From UHGV virus genome UHGV-1549111: a stretch of 10,193 nt of DNA. One strand, written 5' to 3'. Shown piece after piece: positions 7,586 to 10,193 of this stretch (positions within the stretch are counted from its first letter, which is position 1; the number at the start of each line of letters is the position of its first letter). Below the pieces are notes generated by a model that made no database searches, was not told where the DNA came from, and saw only the letters and a program-made list of their open reading frames with translations. The position numbers were made by a program, and so were the translations under genes. The DNA is from a virus.

Positions 7586-8011
7586 ATGAAGAAATTATCC
7601 CTTTCACTGATGCTGAACGTGTCGCTGGCGCTGATGCTGGCACTGTCCCTGATTTACCCGCAGAGCGTGGCCGTCAGTTTTGTCGCCACCTGGGCGATTC
7701 TGGCGACGGTTATCTGTGTGGTTGCCGGTGGTGTCGGCGTGTATGCCACTGAGTATGTGCTGGAACGCTACGGGCGGGAGCTGCCGCCGGAATCGCTGGC
7801 CGTGAAGATTGTCACGTCGCTGTTTTTGCAGCCGGTGCCGTGGCGCAGACGGGCGGCGGCTCTGGTGGTGATGGTGGCGACGTTTATCTCGCTGGTCGCT
7901 GCCGGGTGGATTTTTACCGCGCTGATTTACCTCGTGGCGTCGGTGTTCTTCCGGCTGATACGTACGGCCTGTCGTCAGCGTTTTGAGGGGCGGGAACCAT
8001 GTCAAAGCTGA
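7586..8011 (+). CDS. lysA: Lysis-timing membrane protein LysA (P2 lysA-like), 141 aa
   Basis: GGAG Shine-Dalgarno at 7574-7577. Strongly hydrophobic protein with several predicted transmembrane helices, in the P2 lysA position after K. Confidence 0.85.
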   Translation: MKKLSLSLMLNVSLALMLALSLIYPQSVAVSFVATWAILATVICVVAGGVGVYATEYVLERYGRELPPESLAVKIVTSLFLQPVPWRRRAAALVVMVATFISLVAAGWIFTALIYLVASVFFRLIRTACRQRFEGREPCQS

Positions 8012-8424
8012 TGATTGTGATGGTTGTGTTGTTATCGCTGGCGGTGGCGGGGCTGTTTCTGGCGAAGCATGAAAACGCCAGCCTGCGCGCCTCGCTGGAC
8101 AGGGTGAACAACGTCGCCAGTGAACAGCAGACGACCATCACCATGCTGAAAAATCAGCTTCATGTTGCCCTCACCAGGGCAGACAAAAACGAGCTGGCGC
8201 AGGTGGCACTGCGTCAGGAACTGGAGAACGCCGCGAAGCGTGAAGCACAGCGCGAGAAAACCATCACGAGGTTACTTAATGAAAACGAAGATTTTCGCCG
8301 CTGGTATGGTGCTGACCTGCCTGATGCTGTGCGCCGGTTGCACCAGCGCCCCGCCTGCACTGACGCCAGTGATTGTCCACAACGCCTGCCCGAAAGTGAG
8401 TCTTTGCCCGATGCCGGGCAGTGA
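7999..8424 (+). CDS. lysB: Inner-membrane spanin (Rz-like; P2 lysB-like), 141 aa
   Basis: N-terminal transmembrane segment (MSKLMIVMVVLLSLAVAGLFLA) followed by a charged, coiled-coil-like periplasmic region. Overlaps the lysA 3' end by 13 nt. Confidence 0.85.
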   Translation: MSKLMIVMVVLLSLAVAGLFLAKHENASLRASLDRVNNVASEQQTTITMLKNQLHVALTRADKNELAQVALRQELENAAKREAQREKTITRLLNENEDFRRWYGADLPDAVRRLHQRPACTDASDCPQRLPESESLPDAGQ

Positions 8425-8569
8425 CCCGCAGAAGAACGGCGATTTAAGTGCCGATATCCGGCAGCTTGAGAACGCGCTGGCACGCTGTGCCAGCCAGGTA
8501 AAAATGATTAAACACTGTCAGGACGAAAACGATGCTCAAACCCGACAGCCTGCGCAGGGCGCTGACTGA
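8279..8569 (+). CDS. lysC: Outer-membrane lipoprotein spanin (Rz1-like; P2 lysC-like), 96 aa
   Basis: ATG 8279 with GAGG at 8268-8271. N-terminus MKTKIFAAGMVLTCLMLCAGC is a lipoprotein signal peptide with lipobox L-C-A-G-C. Lies in the +1 frame inside lysB and runs past the lysB stop into the start of R. Confidence 0.8.
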   Translation: MKTKIFAAGMVLTCLMLCAGCTSAPPALTPVIVHNACPKVSLCPMPGSDPQKNGDLSADIRQLENALARCASQVKMIKHCQDENDAQTRQPAQGAD

Positions 8570-8999
8570 TGCCGTCACGGTGCTGAAAACTAACCCCGAT
8601 ATGCTGCGGATATTCGTGGATAACGGGAGTATTGCCTCCACGCTGGCGGAGTCGTTGTCATTCGAAAAGCGTTACACGCTCAATGTCATTGTGACCGACT
8701 TTACCGGTGATTTTGACCTGCTCATCGTGCCGGTGCTGGCGTGGCTGCGGGAAAATCAGCCCGACATCATGACCACCGACGAAGGCCAGAAAAAGGGCTT
8801 CACGTTTTATGCAGACATCAACAATGACAGCAGCTTTGATATCAGCATCAGCCTGATGCTGACCGAGCGCACGCTGGTCAGTGAGGTGGACGGCGCACTG
8901 CATGTGAAGAATATCCCGGAACCCACGCCGCCGGAGCCGGTCACCCGCCCGATGGAGCTTTATATCAATGGTGAACTGGTGAGCAAGTGGGATGAATGA
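8532..8999 (+). CDS. R: Tail completion protein (P2 gpR-like), 155 aa
   Basis: Translation recognised as P2 gpR. Position after the lysis cassette; overlaps the S start by 8 nt. Confidence 0.9.
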   Translation: MLKPDSLRRALTDAVTVLKTNPDMLRIFVDNGSIASTLAESLSFEKRYTLNVIVTDFTGDFDLLIVPVLAWLRENQPDIMTTDEGQKKGFTFYADINNDSSFDISISLMLTERTLVSEVDGALHVKNIPEPTPPEPVTRPMELYINGELVSKWDE

Positions 9000-9444
9000 G
9001 TTTAAGCGTTTTGAAGACCGGCTGGCCGGACTTATTGAATCGCTGTCACCGTCAGGGCGTCGGCGACTGAGCGCCGAACTGGCGAAACGTCTGCGGCAGA
9101 GTCAGCAGCGCCGGGTGATGGCACAGAAAGCCCCGGACGGCACACCCTACGCACCACGCCAGCAGCAGAGCGCCAGAAAAAAGACCGGTCGCGTTAAGCG
9201 AAAAATGTTTGCGAAACTTATCACCAGTCGTTTTTTGCATATCCGCGCCAGCCCGGAACATGCATCAATGGAGTTTTACGGCGGAAAGTCACCGAAAATC
9301 GCCAGTGTGCATCAGTTCGGTCTGTCGGAAGAAACCCGGAAAGACGGTAAGAAAATTGATTATCCGGCGCGTCCTCTGCTCGGCTTTACCGGTGAGGATG
9401 TGCAGATGATTGAAGAGATTATTCTGGCGCACCTCGACCGTTAG
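8992..9444 (+). CDS. S: Tail completion protein (P2 gpS-like), 150 aa
   Basis: Translation recognised as P2 gpS. ATG 8992 lies inside the R 3' end; TAG stop at 9442-9444. Confidence 0.9.
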   Translation: MNEFKRFEDRLAGLIESLSPSGRRRLSAELAKRLRQSQQRRVMAQKAPDGTPYAPRQQQSARKKTGRVKRKMFAKLITSRFLHIRASPEHASMEFYGGKSPKIASVHQFGLSEETRKDGKKIDYPARPLLGFTGEDVQMIEEIILAHLDR

Positions 9445-9510
9445 TTGTGCCATTCCCGACACCTCATCGTCACATTGCCGCCGGTATGACCCGGCGGCAT
9501 CCTTCCCGTT
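9445..9510 (+). promoter_or_regulatory. S-V intergenic region: expected position of the P2 late promoter for the V-W-J operon; contains a perfect 9-bp inverted repeat at 9476-9499
   Basis: 66-bp gap at the known operon boundary between S and V. TGCCGCCGG (9476-9484) and CCGGCGGCA (9491-9499) are exact reverse complements separated by 6 nt (TATGAC). No purine-rich Shine-Dalgarno precedes the V ATG. Confidence 0.35.
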
Positions 9511-10146
9511 ATGAACACTCTCGCAAATATTCAGGAACTCGCGCGCGCACTGCGCAACATGATACGTACCGGCATTGTCGTCGAAACCGACCTTAACGTC
9601 GGTCGCTGCCGTGTGCAGACCGGCGGCATGTGCACCGACTGGCTTCAGTGGCTGACCCATCGCGCCGGTCGTTCGCGCACATGGTGGGCACCTTCCGTGG
9701 GGGAACAGGTGCTGATTCTGTCCGTGGGCGGTGAACTCGACACGGCGTTCGTTCTGCCGGGGATTTATTCCGGCGATAACCCCGCGCCGTCTGCGTCGGC
9801 GGATGCCCTGCATATCCGTTTCCCTGACGGAGCGGTGATTGAGTATGAACCTGAAACCAGTGCACTCACGGTAAGCGGAATTAAAACGGCCAGCGTGACG
9901 GCTTCTGATTCTGTTACCGCCACGGTGCCGGTGGTCATGGTGAAAGCATCAACCCGCGTCACCCTGGACACACCGGAGGTGGTCTGCACCAACAGGCTGA
10001 TTACCGGCACTCTGGAAGTACAGAAGGGCGGGACGATGCGCGGCAACATTGAACACACCGGCGGTGAACTCTCATCAAACGGTAAGGTACTGCATACCCA
10101 TAAACACCCCGGCGACAGTGGCGGCACAACAGGGGGACCTCTATGA
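9511..10146 (+). CDS. V: Baseplate central spike protein (P2 gpV-like), 211 aa
   Basis: Translation recognised as P2 gpV. C-terminal region carries the His-rich apex LHTHKH. Stop overlaps the W start (ATGA at 10143-10146). Confidence 0.92.
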   Translation: MNTLANIQELARALRNMIRTGIVVETDLNVGRCRVQTGGMCTDWLQWLTHRAGRSRTWWAPSVGEQVLILSVGGELDTAFVLPGIYSGDNPAPSASADALHIRFPDGAVIEYEPETSALTVSGIKTASVTASDSVTATVPVVMVKASTRVTLDTPEVVCTNRLITGTLEVQKGGTMRGNIEHTGGELSSNGKVLHTHKHPGDSGGTTGGPL

Positions 10147-10193
10147 CTGCGCGTTATCTCGGAATGAATCGCAGTGATGGCCTGACGGTCACT
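10143..10193 (+). CDS. W: Baseplate wedge protein (P2 gpW-like), 5' fragment only; gene continues beyond the window
   Basis: ATG 10143 overlapping the V stop. First 17 codons MTARYLGMNRSDGLTVT match my recollection of the gpW N-terminus. The window ends inside the gene. Confidence 0.8.
   Translation, partial: MTARYLGMNRSDGLTVT

Noticed and set aside
1-10193. tRNA, rRNA, CRISPR array, integrase or attachment site
   Set aside because: No clover-leaf candidates, no direct-repeat/spacer arrays, and no integrase-like ORF were seen. In P2-type elements the integrase and att site lie far from this late region.

Overview
This window is almost entirely the late (morphogenesis and lysis) region of a P2-like (Peduovirus-type) myovirus genome or prophage, in canonical P2 gene order with no inserted genes. 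Portal Q and large terminase P lie on the minus strand; after a 173-bp divergent intergenic region, the plus strand carries O (scaffold/protease), N (major capsid), M (small terminase), L (head completion), X, the lysis cassette Y-K-lysA-lysB-lysC, tail completion R and S, spike V and the first codons of W. Gene calls rest on my recognition of the translated ORFs as P2 late proteins, plus start codons, Shine-Dalgarno motifs and stop/start overlaps read directly from the sequence. The only part not explained by the P2 module is the extreme 5' end. Positions 1-46 are an Illumina library construct (P7 tail, 8-nt index, Nextera read-2 transposase adapter), so genuine sequence starts near position 47. 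Positions 47-278 are about 30% G+C and hold the last ~63 codons of a plus-strand ORF that runs off the contig edge, followed by a terminator hairpin that converges on Q. That fragment sits where P2-like phages carry variable cargo and is the only candidate for anything novel, but nearly all of it lies outside the window and I cannot assign it a function. No tRNA, rRNA, CRISPR array, integrase or att site was seen.
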